DNA of 41,820 nucleotides from a virus: UHGV virus genome UHGV-1357484; one strand, 5' to 3'. Shown piece by piece: positions 25,169 to 34,547 of this stretch (position 1 is its first letter; each line of letters starts with the position of its first letter). The notes under the pieces were generated by a model. It saw only the letters and a program-made list of their open reading frames with translations, ran no database searches and was not told where the DNA came from. The position numbers and the translations under genes were made by a program.

Positions 25169-25908
25169 ACTTTACGCCTCCATCTCGGTGTGAGTTCAAA
25201 ACTCTTTATTCGGTTGGTCCATGTGATTGTATTTTCGCCTGGTTTAAGCTCAGGAAAATCCAGGAAAGTAGTAACATGATCTTGATGTTCAATTTTCCCA
25301 TCCAATGCCCGATAAGACTCTTCTAGAAAAGAATCAATGATTAACTCCTTATCCAAAGCCTTAAGCTTAAATTCTTCTTCATTCACAAAAAAAGAAGCAT
25401 CTCCAGAACCAGTGAGTTTAATCAAAGGTTTTGAAGGATACTTCTGCTCATTTGTAATTTTGAATGGCGTTGAATTAAGTTGTATCGGCAATCTTCCTAG
25501 GCGGTTTTCTTTGAACGGTCTAATGCTGACAGTAAATTCAAAAGGTACTAGATTCCCTGTTTTCCTTGTCCCTTTAAATTCGGGCGGATCAATCACAACA
25601 GCTTGATAGATGTATTGTTCATCATAATAAACAATAAAATCGCTATATGTACCCATATCTAACCAAGCGGTTATTCTGTCTTCCCATTCCTGAACATCAT
25701 CAATAGATGGGGCCTTGTAGTAACAATCTATTTTGCGTTCAACGTTTTTGTAATATGCTTTATCAATAATGATTGAGTCATTACCTTCACGTTGCCTTAA
25801 CTCAATGACCCGTCCTGCTGACGAAGAGACAGGGCGATTCCGCATAAATACATTAAATTCAGATGAGTGTTTACCATTTATAAAAAACTGTCCTCGCTTT
25901 GTAATCAT
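25165..25908 (-). CDS. Distal tail protein (Dit)
   Basis: 247 aa between the tape measure protein and Tal. Overlaps both by 4 nt. Confidence 0.7.
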   Translation of the reverse strand: MITKRGQFFINGKHSSEFNVFMRNRPVSSSAGRVIELRQREGNDSIIIDKAYYKNVERKIDCYYKAPSIDDVQEWEDRITAWLDMGTYSDFIVYYDEQYIYQAVVIDPPEFKGTRKTGNLVPFEFTVSIRPFKENRLGRLPIQLNSTPFKITNEQKYPSKPLIKLTGSGDASFFVNEEEFKLKALDKELIIDSFLEESYRALDGKIEHQDHVTTFLDFPELKPGENTITWTNRIKSFELTPRWRRKV

Positions 25909-28454
25909 GCCATCCCTCCTACTGCGTCAGCATCACGCTTCATTTGTTTTGTAAACTCTGTTTTTAGTTTTGCTGCTAACTTTTTAATCACTGAATCTGG
26001 AAGATCACCGTAAACATTTAAATGCAAGTGAACTTCTGTAGATTGACTTTCCGTCTTATTTTGGGTTACTCCAACAGGTCTGTCTGTCAAACTTCTAACT
26101 GTGGGAGTAACAGACGGCGTAGGTACTAATTCAGTCATAGCCTTATCTAGCTCAGGCTGTTCTTTATCTAATCCAACGATAATCCCTTGAACGATATTCT
26201 TTCCTACCATGTCACGCATCCATCGAGACGGCGAATGAATGTCTAATGCATTAGTAATAGTTTTCTTTATACTTCCAGCAATGCTTTGAACTTTTTGTAC
26301 AACAGCATTCGCTTTTTCCGTGATTCCGTCAATCAAACCTTGAATAATATTTCTACCAATCTCAAATAAGTTAATCTTTCGTAAGGAGTCGAATGTATTC
26401 CACACACGATCGACTGCGTTAGAAACTCCATTTTTTAGATTCGTCCAAGCATTCTCAGCAGATTGAACGATTCCAGAAACAATGTTCCAGAAATTCTGTT
26501 TAATAGAATTCCATGTATTTATCATTGTGTCCTTAATCGCATTCCACGTATTCGCTGCAGTAGTTTTAATTGCGTTCCAAGTAGCAACAAAGAAAGCCTT
26601 GATAGAATTCCAGATCAGGCTTGCACTGGCTTTTATAAAGTTCCATAGGTTGATTAACTCTGTCTTAAACCCATTCCAAATTATCTTCCCGACACTTACC
26701 ATCGCTCCAGTAACGATCGTGAATAGATTTTTGATGGAGTTCCAGATATTCAACGCATTTTCCTTAATGTTGTTCCATACGGCAATCATATTGTCTCTGG
26801 TTTCTGACCATCCGCCTGTAATCATTGAAGTGACAAACAAAATCGGAGCAAGAATTACATTCTTTAGAATTTCGAAATAGCTTCCCCCAATTTCAATAAG
26901 GTTCGTCCAAATCCCGACTAAAAACTCAACAATACTTGAGAAAACTGATACTATTTCCTGAATAACTTCTGCAATTGGCTGAACTACTACGGTCTTAAAT
27001 GATTGCCAAGCATTTGAAGCTGTTTCTTTGATGGAATTCCACAAATTAGAAAACCATTCTTTAACTCCTGACCAAACATTCTTGATTCCAGTGGCTGCTT
27101 TTGATGCTACTTCTTTGATAGAGTCCCAAGTTTTTAGACCCCAGTCTTTTATTGCAACTAGTGTATCTAATACAACTTTTTTGACGTCATTCCATACCGC
27201 AATAACTTTGTTCCTGAACTCTTCATTAGTAGCCATGAAATAGCCAAATACAGCAATGGCACCAACGATAGCACCGACAATCAAAACAAATGGATTTGCA
27301 GCAGCTATGGCCCCCATAATTTTTAAAGATTTGCCGATTCCAGTAATAGCATTTTTCAAATTATTGAAATTCTTAATAATCGCTGGGATCCCTTTAAGTT
27401 GGAACATGAATGCGCCGAACGCCGTAGCTGCGGGGACTAAAAATGGCATCATAAATTTTAAAGCTGTACCAAATTTATAAAGTACGTCAAACAGTTTTCC
27501 CAAGAAAATTACAGCTTTAGGAATATTCGCAGCAATTACTTTCAGAAATGATTTCATGGCATTCCCAAAATTATCTATAATTCCTTTGAATCCTCCTAAA
27601 TCAGCGTCTACTAGAGCTTTGTTTAACCCTTTTATAATATCTCCAACACCACTTGTTATCGCAGTTTTAGCATTTTGAATCGATGTCTTAATACCTTTGG
27701 TTGAATCTTTGGCGATTTGGTTTAAAGATTTCAAACCGCCTCCACCTTTTGTGTCCATTTCAATCAACTGATCTTGAAAATCTTTTACGGAAACAGTTCC
27801 TTTTGAAAGACCTTCTTTGAGTTGTCCCATTGTCATGCCCATCTTTTTAGCAATTGCTCCGAGTGTAGGGCCAAGCTGGGCATTAATCATTGAATTCCAT
27901 GTTTGAGCATCCACTTTCCCATTAGAGAAACTTTGGGATAGCTGAATCACTGCTTCATTTACTTGATCAGTTGTTCCGCCAAACCCCAGAATACCGTCAT
28001 TAAGCGCCCTGAATATCTGATCAGAGCGTCCTAAATCTCCAGTAGATGAAGCTAACAATTGAACATGTCCAACCGCATCATTCAACGTTGTTGGCAATCC
28101 TTTTATTCCCCTAATAAGAGACCCGTTTTCTCCGATTGTTCTATTTATTTCAGACTTTTCAAATCCCATATTTTGGAAATTTCGAACTGCGTTGTTCATC
28201 GTATCTACACGATCGATTGCTCCGCTGATTGATCCCTTAATTAAATCGAAACCTGCACCAACTAGTTTTGTTGCCCCGCTAGCTAAGAAACTGCCGGCGA
28301 ACACTTTCCAGATGCTACCTAATGCATTCCCGCCTTTTTTACCTGTGTTGGAAACAGTGTTGTCGAATGAGCCTAGCTTTTTAACAGCGCTATTCATTCC
28401 AGCGGTGAAACCCGATTCATCAAGAATCATTTTTAGAATTAAATCATCATTCAA
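25905..28454 (-). CDS. Tail tape measure protein
   Basis: 849 aa with TP901-type core, hydrophobic segments and periodic WNxIK repeats. TTG start after an AAGGAGGTG RBS. Confidence 0.85.
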   Translation of the reverse strand: MNDDLILKMILDESGFTAGMNSAVKKLGSFDNTVSNTGKKGGNALGSIWKVFAGSFLASGATKLVGAGFDLIKGSISGAIDRVDTMNNAVRNFQNMGFEKSEINRTIGENGSLIRGIKGLPTTLNDAVGHVQLLASSTGDLGRSDQIFRALNDGILGFGGTTDQVNEAVIQLSQSFSNGKVDAQTWNSMINAQLGPTLGAIAKKMGMTMGQLKEGLSKGTVSVKDFQDQLIEMDTKGGGGLKSLNQIAKDSTKGIKTSIQNAKTAITSGVGDIIKGLNKALVDADLGGFKGIIDNFGNAMKSFLKVIAANIPKAVIFLGKLFDVLYKFGTALKFMMPFLVPAATAFGAFMFQLKGIPAIIKNFNNLKNAITGIGKSLKIMGAIAAANPFVLIVGAIVGAIAVFGYFMATNEEFRNKVIAVWNDVKKVVLDTLVAIKDWGLKTWDSIKEVASKAATGIKNVWSGVKEWFSNLWNSIKETASNAWQSFKTVVVQPIAEVIQEIVSVFSSIVEFLVGIWTNLIEIGGSYFEILKNVILAPILFVTSMITGGWSETRDNMIAVWNNIKENALNIWNSIKNLFTIVTGAMVSVGKIIWNGFKTELINLWNFIKASASLIWNSIKAFFVATWNAIKTTAANTWNAIKDTMINTWNSIKQNFWNIVSGIVQSAENAWTNLKNGVSNAVDRVWNTFDSLRKINLFEIGRNIIQGLIDGITEKANAVVQKVQSIAGSIKKTITNALDIHSPSRWMRDMVGKNIVQGIIVGLDKEQPELDKAMTELVPTPSVTPTVRSLTDRPVGVTQNKTESQSTEVHLHLNVYGDLPDSVIKKLAAKLKTEFTKQMKRDADAVGGMA

Positions 28455-28466
28455 AGTGTCACCTCC

Positions 28467-28679
28467 TTAGAATTGGGTGTATTCATCGTAGTATTCAAGA
28501 TTTTCACGCTCAGCAACTGCATCTCTAAATGCAAAAAGCTTCATTAACTCGTCAAGGTCAGTTCTCTCTATTTCATACAGAGACCAACCATTCTCAAGTA
28601 GCTGAAGCTTTAATTCCATTTCGCGATATTTAGGCGTATGTGTGAAACCAGGATTTTCAAGGAGCTCTGTTACTTTTTT
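28467..28679 (-). CDS. -1 frameshift extension (gpT-like part) of the tail assembly chaperone. Slippery heptamer A_AAA_AAG at 28673-28679.
   Basis: The -1 frame after the slip reads VTELLENPGFTHTPKYREMELKLQLLENGWSLYEIERTDLDELMKLFAFRDAVAERENLEYYDEYTQF and stops just before the tape measure RBS. Confidence 0.6.
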   Translation of the reverse strand, partial: KKVTELLENPGFTHTPKYREMELKLQLLENGWSLYEIERTDLDELMKLFAFRDAVAERENLEYYDEYTQF

Positions 28680-29014
28680 TTCGTATCTGAATATGTGTTG
28701 TCATACCCTTGTGTAACTGAACGTAGAAACTTCCCAGTCAGTGGTGCAATTTCACGAGCATCAATCCCGCTGCGGTATTGCTCAGCAGTAAATTGCCCTT
28801 CGAAGATAACATCTGCAATAAACGCATAACATCCGTTCAGTGCTTCTTTTACTTCTTTACGGCCTTCTGACTGTTCTAGTTTTTCCATCACGTCTAATGC
28901 GTCATCCATAGTATCGGCATCTAGCCATTCTGCAGATTTAAAACGTTTGGGCTTTCGTTTCCCTTCTTCGTCTTTCAACATTAATGTGATTTGAACTTGT
29001 ACTTTTGATGCCAT
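28670..29014 (-). CDS. Tail assembly chaperone (gpG-like)
   Basis: 114 aa between the major tail and tape measure genes. It ends in the slippery run A AAA AAG. Confidence 0.7.
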   Translation of the reverse strand: MASKVQVQITLMLKDEEGKRKPKRFKSAEWLDADTMDDALDVMEKLEQSEGRKEVKEALNGCYAFIADVIFEGQFTAEQYRSGIDAREIAPLTGKFLRSVTQGYDNTYSDTKKK

Positions 29015-29619
29015 TATCCTTGTCCTCCTTCAACTGGCGTTTCTAACGGATTAGCCACCTTTGTGAACCAGTTCTTGATCATTTCTGCATCTACGCCCTC
29101 ATCGTCTTCATCAACCGAATACATGTATCCCAGCCCTGGTACGTCCACGAAAGAACCTTTCCAAGATGGATGCGTAAATGTAACCTTGCTGCCTTCCAAT
29201 GTTGATGTTTCGTCAGAGTCAAGAGCAAACTGACCTTTATAAAAGACTGTATAACGATATTTGCCATTTGATTTCTTGCGTCGATAAGCAAATGCTCCGT
29301 CTTGTGCTACATCATCACCCGATCGCAAAGCACCGCCTTTCAACAGTTTTCCCCCTGTAATTGTCGATAAAACTTTGTGGGTATAGCCGTTTGATTCCAG
29401 TTCGACCTCAGCACCACCAAAGGCTGTGAACTGGTCCTGAACTCTCGAATCCCCATAATCTTGTGTAGTCTCATAATTTGCAGAAGGTTTGATACTAACC
29501 GCAGTCCCCATTACGATTGGCTCATCATAAACAGGGAAATCTCCAGAGTCATCTTTTAACGGAAACCACGTTGGCTTTTCAACAGAGATAATTCCTGTTT
29601 TACTTTTCTTTTCTGGCAT
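29014..29619 (-). CDS. Major tail protein (phi13 family-like)
   Basis: 201 aa in the canonical position before the chaperone genes. Confidence 0.7.
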   Translation of the reverse strand: MPEKKSKTGIISVEKPTWFPLKDDSGDFPVYDEPIVMGTAVSIKPSANYETTQDYGDSRVQDQFTAFGGAEVELESNGYTHKVLSTITGGKLLKGGALRSGDDVAQDGAFAYRRKKSNGKYRYTVFYKGQFALDSDETSTLEGSKVTFTHPSWKGSFVDVPGLGYMYSVDEDDEGVDAEMIKNWFTKVANPLETPVEGGQG

Positions 29620-30003
29620 CTATTCTTCACTCCATTCAATGTATTGTGGAAAGGCAACAGTAAATCGAATGTGCTGCACCCCATCCACTTTGTCCGGCAA
29701 ATAGTCCTCCGGAAAAATTGTGTTCCCTTCGATTTCGAGAACATTAAAAAAAGTCCCGCATCGCGAGACCAATCTATTGATTAATTCATCATCTTTTTTG
29801 TTGTCAACCAAAGCGATATCTATTAAGAAAGCTATGTTTTGAACGTCTATCCCCACATTCTCAGTTCCTGCTTCCATGACAGAAAGCACAAAATAGAAAT
29901 CTTTTGTCGACTGCATAACCGAATCAAGATAGATAGTGCCTTCTGAATAGATTTGTTTTAACTTACTGCTGATCGCTGCAATTATTCTACCTTTCATTAG
30001 CAT
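29620..30003 (-). CDS. Tail terminator / tail-completion protein
   Basis: Called by position between the HK97 gp10-like gene and the major tail protein. 127 aa. Confidence 0.5.
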   Translation of the reverse strand: MLMKGRIIAAISSKLKQIYSEGTIYLDSVMQSTKDFYFVLSVMEAGTENVGIDVQNIAFLIDIALVDNKKDDELINRLVSRCGTFFNVLEIEGNTIFPEDYLPDKVDGVQHIRFTVAFPQYIEWSEE

Positions 30004-30408
30004 CTATCCTTTCTTAACAATCCTGATCGCCATTTGTTTAAATCTCCTAGGGATATAACTCATATGAGCTAGATTTGTTGCGCGAGTCAACATGAATCGA
30101 CCTTTGACGAAACCGCCGCCTCTTGTTCTGTGACCCTCTTCAACGTATTTGAAATATTTTTCATTATTTCGGACTGCTCCAACAATTCTACCTGTAGAAA
30201 GTAGTCTTGCGCCTTGAACTCTGTAACCACGTCGAAGATCCCCAGACTTCACAGGAGTTAATGGTTTAGCGGTCGAAACTATTTTGTTCATCGAATCATT
30301 GACAAAATCAATTCCTTCTTGTTCCGCAAGCTTAGTCATTTTCTTAAAGTTCTCAATGACTTTATCTGCATTTGAGACAATAGAAATATCCTTACCCATT
30401 CGGATCAC
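30004..30408 (-). CDS. HK97 gp10 family tail-component protein
   Basis: MIRMGKDISIVSNADKV...KPLTPVKSGDLRRGY matches the HK97 gp10-like family. Confidence 0.6.
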   Translation of the reverse strand: MIRMGKDISIVSNADKVIENFKKMTKLAEQEGIDFVNDSMNKIVSTAKPLTPVKSGDLRRGYRVQGARLLSTGRIVGAVRNNEKYFKYVEEGHRTRGGGFVKGRFMLTRATNLAHMSYIPRRFKQMAIRIVKKG

Positions 30409-30763
30409 GTCCTGTCAATTTAACTTCACAATGACTAGGATAATAAAAAGGCTTACTAGCATACAGCTTAATCACCAATCCATTTACCTGCTGAGTAACA
30501 GTTATGCGATCACCTTTTTTAATATTAATAGTTGGACGAACAAATAATTGATAATCGTCAACTGAGGTATTCAGCATTTCTCCGTCTTTTATTACAGGCA
30601 ATCCATCTAAACGCGATTGAGATAAAGCGCATTTGATTGGGTCGCTATAAACTGGACCATACTCTTGTTTTGTGATCCCTGTTTCAGGATTAACTACATC
30701 TTTGATACGCTCGATCACACAAGCATCTTTATAGGTTGACGCCAGAATATCTGCTTCATTCAT
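30392..30763 (-). CDS. Head-tail adaptor / head closure protein
   Basis: 123 aa. Called by position and from Phage_H_T_join-like features. Confidence 0.55.
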   Translation of the reverse strand: MNEADILASTYKDACVIERIKDVVNPETGITKQEYGPVYSDPIKCALSQSRLDGLPVIKDGEMLNTSVDDYQLFVRPTINIKKGDRITVTQQVNGLVIKLYASKPFYYPSHCEVKLTGRDPNG

Positions 30764-31104
30764 TAGAAAAACTCCAATCCGCCACAGCCGATAATTCGTT
30801 TAATTAAATCATCGTAACCTGCAAGTAATCCTTTAATTTCTCCAGACTTACTCGCATAGCTAATAGTGGTATCTCCTCTCCTTACAGACGATACAACATT
30901 CTCCAGTTCATTCTTCATGGATTGATATAGAACCTCTGTAATGGCTCCCTGTAGGTTTTCCCAAGAGATTTCGTTACCACACGTATTGTATGATTCGATT
31001 TCTAAGAGAATTAACTCAAGAACTGTTTTTAAGCGTTCCGCATTAGCTTCTGGCAATTGCTTTTTCAATGACTCAATAATTTTTTTCTTTAGTGAATCAT
31101 CCAT
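30763..31104 (-). CDS. gp6-like head-tail connector protein
   Basis: 113 aa directly after the capsid module. N-terminal DNA-packaging-like helix. Confidence 0.55.
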   Translation of the reverse strand: MDDSLKKKIIESLKKQLPEANAERLKTVLELILLEIESYNTCGNEISWENLQGAITEVLYQSMKNELENVVSSVRRGDTTISYASKSGEIKGLLAGYDDLIKRIIGCGGLEFF

Positions 31105-31115
31105 ATGATCACCTC

Positions 31116-31322
31116 TTAGATTTCTACAATATCAGCGGCTTCTCGCAAAATTTTCAATGCTTCCACATCACTTTCTTCAATAAAGAATTTCCCATCTTTA
31201 TCGACAGTCATAAACCGACGTGTTTTAGGATGCATAAAGCCAACAAAATTTTTTTCTTTTGCTACACGAAATTCAATTGTGTTTGCCTTTTTTACTTTTT
31301 TAGACTCTGTTTTTTCAGCCAT
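31116..31322 (-). CDS. Small hypothetical head-module protein
   Basis: 68 aa, Lys-rich. Confidence 0.45.
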   Translation of the reverse strand: MAEKTESKKVKKANTIEFRVAKEKNFVGFMHPKTRRFMTVDKDGKFFIEESDVEALKILREAADIVEI

Positions 31323-31367
31323 ACTATTTCCTCCTTAAAATAAATAGAGACAGCTACTAAACTGTCT

Positions 31368-32255
31368 CTATACTTTTAAATTTAAAATCGCCCCTGAATT
31401 TGATGCGTTGTATTCAAGCGAATATTCACCAACGATACCAATGCGACGAGAATCACTCGTTTTCGCTAACTCCTCAGCTCTCCATTCGCGTAATGGGCGT
31501 AATTGAACATAGTTTGTATCTAAGGCCGCGATAGTTCCTGTTGGAAGCGCTGGTTCAATTAACGCAATACCAGAACCATAGTTAGAAACAATTTTCCCTA
31601 ATTGCAAACCAAATGCCACAGTATCACCGAACTGAGCGATCTTGGTTGATTTACCGTCTACTTCGTCTGTCATCAAATCTTGCATGTCTGGGGATACTAA
31701 GCAAAGCTTTTCACCCATATAACCTTTGGTATACATAGCGTAGAATAACTTATCGATATCTTTGCGAGTAACAGCACCAGCGGCAGCAGTCTCTACTTTG
31801 TTTCCAGAATTGATTAAGTTTAAGATTCCATTCATCTTCCGACCAACAGAACCTGTTTCATCGGTTTTAACACCAGTAATCAGTTTGCGGTTTAAATCAA
31901 TCTTCATTTCCATACCGCGTAATTTGACCTGATTAGTCAATTCATTGCCTATGCCATCAACATTAATAGCATCTAACGTTCCAGAAACAGACGTTGATTT
32001 ACGGAAAATTTCTTCATAGTTGCTATACCATGTACGGCCAGATTCAGCATCTGGATATTCTCCACCTTCCGGTTGTTCAGAAGAATCATCGCTGTTGATA
32101 TCATATTCACGCCATTTGATCTCTGAAGAATTTGCTGGTGAAGTTTTTCCTGCACCAATTAAGTAGCTTAAAAACGGTGTGTTTGGTACTTGCATGGCAT
32201 TAATAGCTGGTGAAATATCTAAATACTCTAAATTATTGACTGATGTTTTTTTCAT
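31368..32255 (-). CDS. Major capsid protein
   Basis: 295 aa directly after the scaffold gene. The sequence type resembles Firmicute siphovirus major head proteins. Confidence 0.65.
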   Translation of the reverse strand: MKKTSVNNLEYLDISPAINAMQVPNTPFLSYLIGAGKTSPANSSEIKWREYDINSDDSSEQPEGGEYPDAESGRTWYSNYEEIFRKSTSVSGTLDAINVDGIGNELTNQVKLRGMEMKIDLNRKLITGVKTDETGSVGRKMNGILNLINSGNKVETAAAGAVTRKDIDKLFYAMYTKGYMGEKLCLVSPDMQDLMTDEVDGKSTKIAQFGDTVAFGLQLGKIVSNYGSGIALIEPALPTGTIAALDTNYVQLRPLREWRAEELAKTSDSRRIGIVGEYSLEYNASNSGAILNLKV

Positions 32256-32269
32256 TGTAATTCCTCCAA

Positions 32270-32890
32270 TTAATTAAAATTTTTCATCATTTGGGCTAGC
32301 AAAGCATCTGGATCTTTTGGCGGTTCATTGTTTTGTTGAGTCTGACTACCAGATTGTTGATTCCCGCCAAATGCAGACTTCATCTGAAGTTCTTTTAGTG
32401 CATCTGAGTGTTTCTCATTGATTGCAGTTAAAACTCCGGTGAAGCCTTCTACAGCCTTTTTAGTGAAATCGGTATCTGAACTCACTAAATTGTTTAGCAT
32501 GAACTGAGAAACTGAGTTTTTCAAGTCGCCATCAAGCTCCAATCCTGCGATCTGTTCAGCAACAAAGGCTTTATTGTCACTTGTTTGTCTTAAAGCTTTT
32601 TCAGCTTCAAACTCAGCTTGTAGCTTTTCTAATTGAACCTGTTCAGGTGATTTATTTTTCTTTGAATCTTCATACTGCTTGATCGCTTCCTGCTTAATCG
32701 TTTCTAAATTTTTTTGCTTCCAAGCTTCTAACTGCTTGTCAGCAGCAGATTGACTTTGAGATTGTAGAAACTTTTGAGCGTCTTCATTTGATTCAGCAAA
32801 AGATTTAAAGTCGTCCATTGTGAATTGAGGAGTTTGTTCTCCTTCACCTTCTGCAAAATACTGTAGATTCATTGGCATAGATTGTTTCAT
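32270..32890 (-). CDS. Scaffolding protein
   Basis: MKQSMPMNLQYFAEGEGE... is the typical scaffold N-terminus. Gln/Glu-rich and helical. AAAGGAG RBS. The GTG-extended ORF runs to 32920. Confidence 0.7.
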   Translation of the reverse strand: MKQSMPMNLQYFAEGEGEQTPQFTMDDFKSFAESNEDAQKFLQSQSQSAADKQLEAWKQKNLETIKQEAIKQYEDSKKNKSPEQVQLEKLQAEFEAEKALRQTSDNKAFVAEQIAGLELDGDLKNSVSQFMLNNLVSSDTDFTKKAVEGFTGVLTAINEKHSDALKELQMKSAFGGNQQSGSQTQQNNEPPKDPDALLAQMMKNFN

Positions 32891-33026
32891 AATTTTCTCC
32901 TTTCGCCCCACGATTCGCACAAGCGCCCCGCATTGCTTTGAGTTTTATTGTTTGCGCCCCACCATTCAATTAAGCCCAGCATTGCGCTAGTTTAACGTCA
33001 TTTCGGACAAAATAAAAAAGCCTTAG

Positions 33027-33248
33027 TTAACAAACCAGACTTTCTTTTCCGTAAAGTTGTTTCATACAATTGATATTCTCGGTAACTAAGATCATTTCTT
33101 CGCCATCATCGACAATAACGTTGATAAATTTAGGCGGTTCGGTCAAAAGTTTTTTTCTGACAGTATCGCTAATTAGGCATTCAATGTCTTTAAAACTTCC
33201 TTCTTCATTGTTGGCACCTTTCCAAAAGGTCACTAAGTAACGATTCAT
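33027..33248 (-). CDS. Hypothetical small protein inserted in the head module
   Basis: 73-aa ORF between the minor head and scaffold genes. Confidence 0.45.
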   Translation of the reverse strand: MNRYLVTFWKGANNEEGSFKDIECLISDTVRKKLLTEPPKFINVIVDDGEEMILVTENINCMKQLYGKESLVC

Positions 33249-33249
33249 C

Positions 33250-33558
33250 TTACTTCTCCCGATAGTTTGTATAGATTACTTTTGCGCCCATAGCTTCATA
33301 CCAGCTAACCGTCTCTTTTAAGTTTGGTAGCGTGTGAGATAAGAGCTGAATAGTTAGGTTGACTGTATTTTTTTCTACCGGTTTATCATCCTGATAGATG
33401 ATGTTACTGTCTCCTATAACAACATATGCATAGTTACCATTCCAATGATCCCTTAAACCATTGGGACTATTTTCTGCTTCAATAGCCTTCTTGTATACCT
33501 CAGCAACATCTACATTTACACTGATCATCAGTACCGCTTCGTTAAAGTCATTCATCAT
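33250..33558 (-). CDS. Hypothetical small protein inserted in the head module
   Basis: 102-aa ORF that overlaps the minor head gene stop. Confidence 0.45.
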   Translation of the reverse strand: MMNDFNEAVLMISVNVDVAEVYKKAIEAENSPNGLRDHWNGNYAYVVIGDSNIIYQDDKPVEKNTVNLTIQLLSHTLPNLKETVSWYEAMGAKVIYTNYREK

Positions 33559-34547
33559 TATTTCCTCCGCTTCAAATTAACACCGAAATTATCTTGTGCA
33601 AACTCATCCAACAAATCTCCAAATAAACGCTCATACTCTGCATCAATATCTTTTCCTAGTTTCGGCATATTAGGAACATCTGTACATCTGCATCGGCCAT
33701 GAAAAGGCGCACGGTTCTCACCAATGATCGCTTCACTCAACTTGTATGGGTTGTTCTTTGCTTTGCCACCGCATATTGAACATACCTTTTCATCTTTTGC
33801 AGTTAAGACATTGTATTCGTCTACGCCAGTTTCAATATAAGATTTCTCAATGCCATCTTGAGCAAATTTGGCGTATTCAGTTCTCACAAGATTTTCGATC
33901 GCTTTGTTGTACCTCGATTCCTCACGTTTGAACATATCGCATATTTCAGGGTCTTCTCGCATTGTTCGTAATGCCACGAGAACTCCTTCACCGCTTGCTA
34001 CGCTGGTTGTAATGGCATTCGATAGCTTTTGTTCAAGTGAGGAAATATTTCCCCATAGGCGACGTGAGAACGTCTTTCCTGACCAAGGATAGTTTAGATA
34101 ACGTTCAAGCTCTTCCTTAGATAAATAATTCGGCAAATCTACGTTCAAAATCTGCGCAAGTACGTTTGCGTTTGATGCGTACGAACGTTGCAAAATATCT
34201 TCTAATCGATCCGAAAAGTATTTATTCACATCTGAATCTATTGCATGCTCTGCAAGAATTCGAAAAATATCTGAACGTATTTGCAATAAGCGATTTACCT
34301 TTGCATAATCAAATGCTGGAAAGTATTCTTCGATGAATTCTTTATATTTAGCATCGTACATTTTGAGGGATTTATAGTTCTTTTCCACGTATTCACGATA
34401 TTTTTTTTGATCGCTCTTGCTATAAAATTCCATCATCTCAGCATAGGTAATATCGTGTAAATCTGCTTGAGATAATAACTCTGCTTGAATTTCTTTCAAC
34501 GCATCGGGAAAAACGCTAGTTAGTTTCCTTAGCGTTTGATTTTCCAT
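33558..34547 (-). CDS. Minor head / head morphogenesis protein (SPP1 gp7 family)
   Basis: C-terminal gp7-like region. It follows the portal. The start is uncertain: in-frame ATGs at 34547, 34628 and 34667 all overlap the portal 3' end, and 34547 was chosen for its weak AAGG RBS. Confidence 0.6.
   Translation of the reverse strand: MENQTLRKLTSVFPDALKEIQAELLSQADLHDITYAEMMEFYSKSDQKKYREYVEKNYKSLKMYDAKYKEFIEEYFPAFDYAKVNRLLQIRSDIFRILAEHAIDSDVNKYFSDRLEDILQRSYASNANVLAQILNVDLPNYLSKEELERYLNYPWSGKTFSRRLWGNISSLEQKLSNAITTSVASGEGVLVALRTMREDPEICDMFKREESRYNKAIENLVRTEYAKFAQDGIEKSYIETGVDEYNVLTAKDEKVCSICGGKAKNNPYKLSEAIIGENRAPFHGRCRCTDVPNMPKLGKDIDAEYERLFGDLLDEFAQDNFGVNLKRRK

Noticed and set aside
26463-27480. 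Several plus-strand ORFs (61 to 132 aa) inside the tape measure gene, and a periodic DNA repeat
   Set aside because: They are antisense shadows of the tape measure coding sequence. The DNA periodicity reflects the WNxIK protein repeats of the tape measure and not a CRISPR or other array, because the spacers are not unique and the repeats are imperfect.
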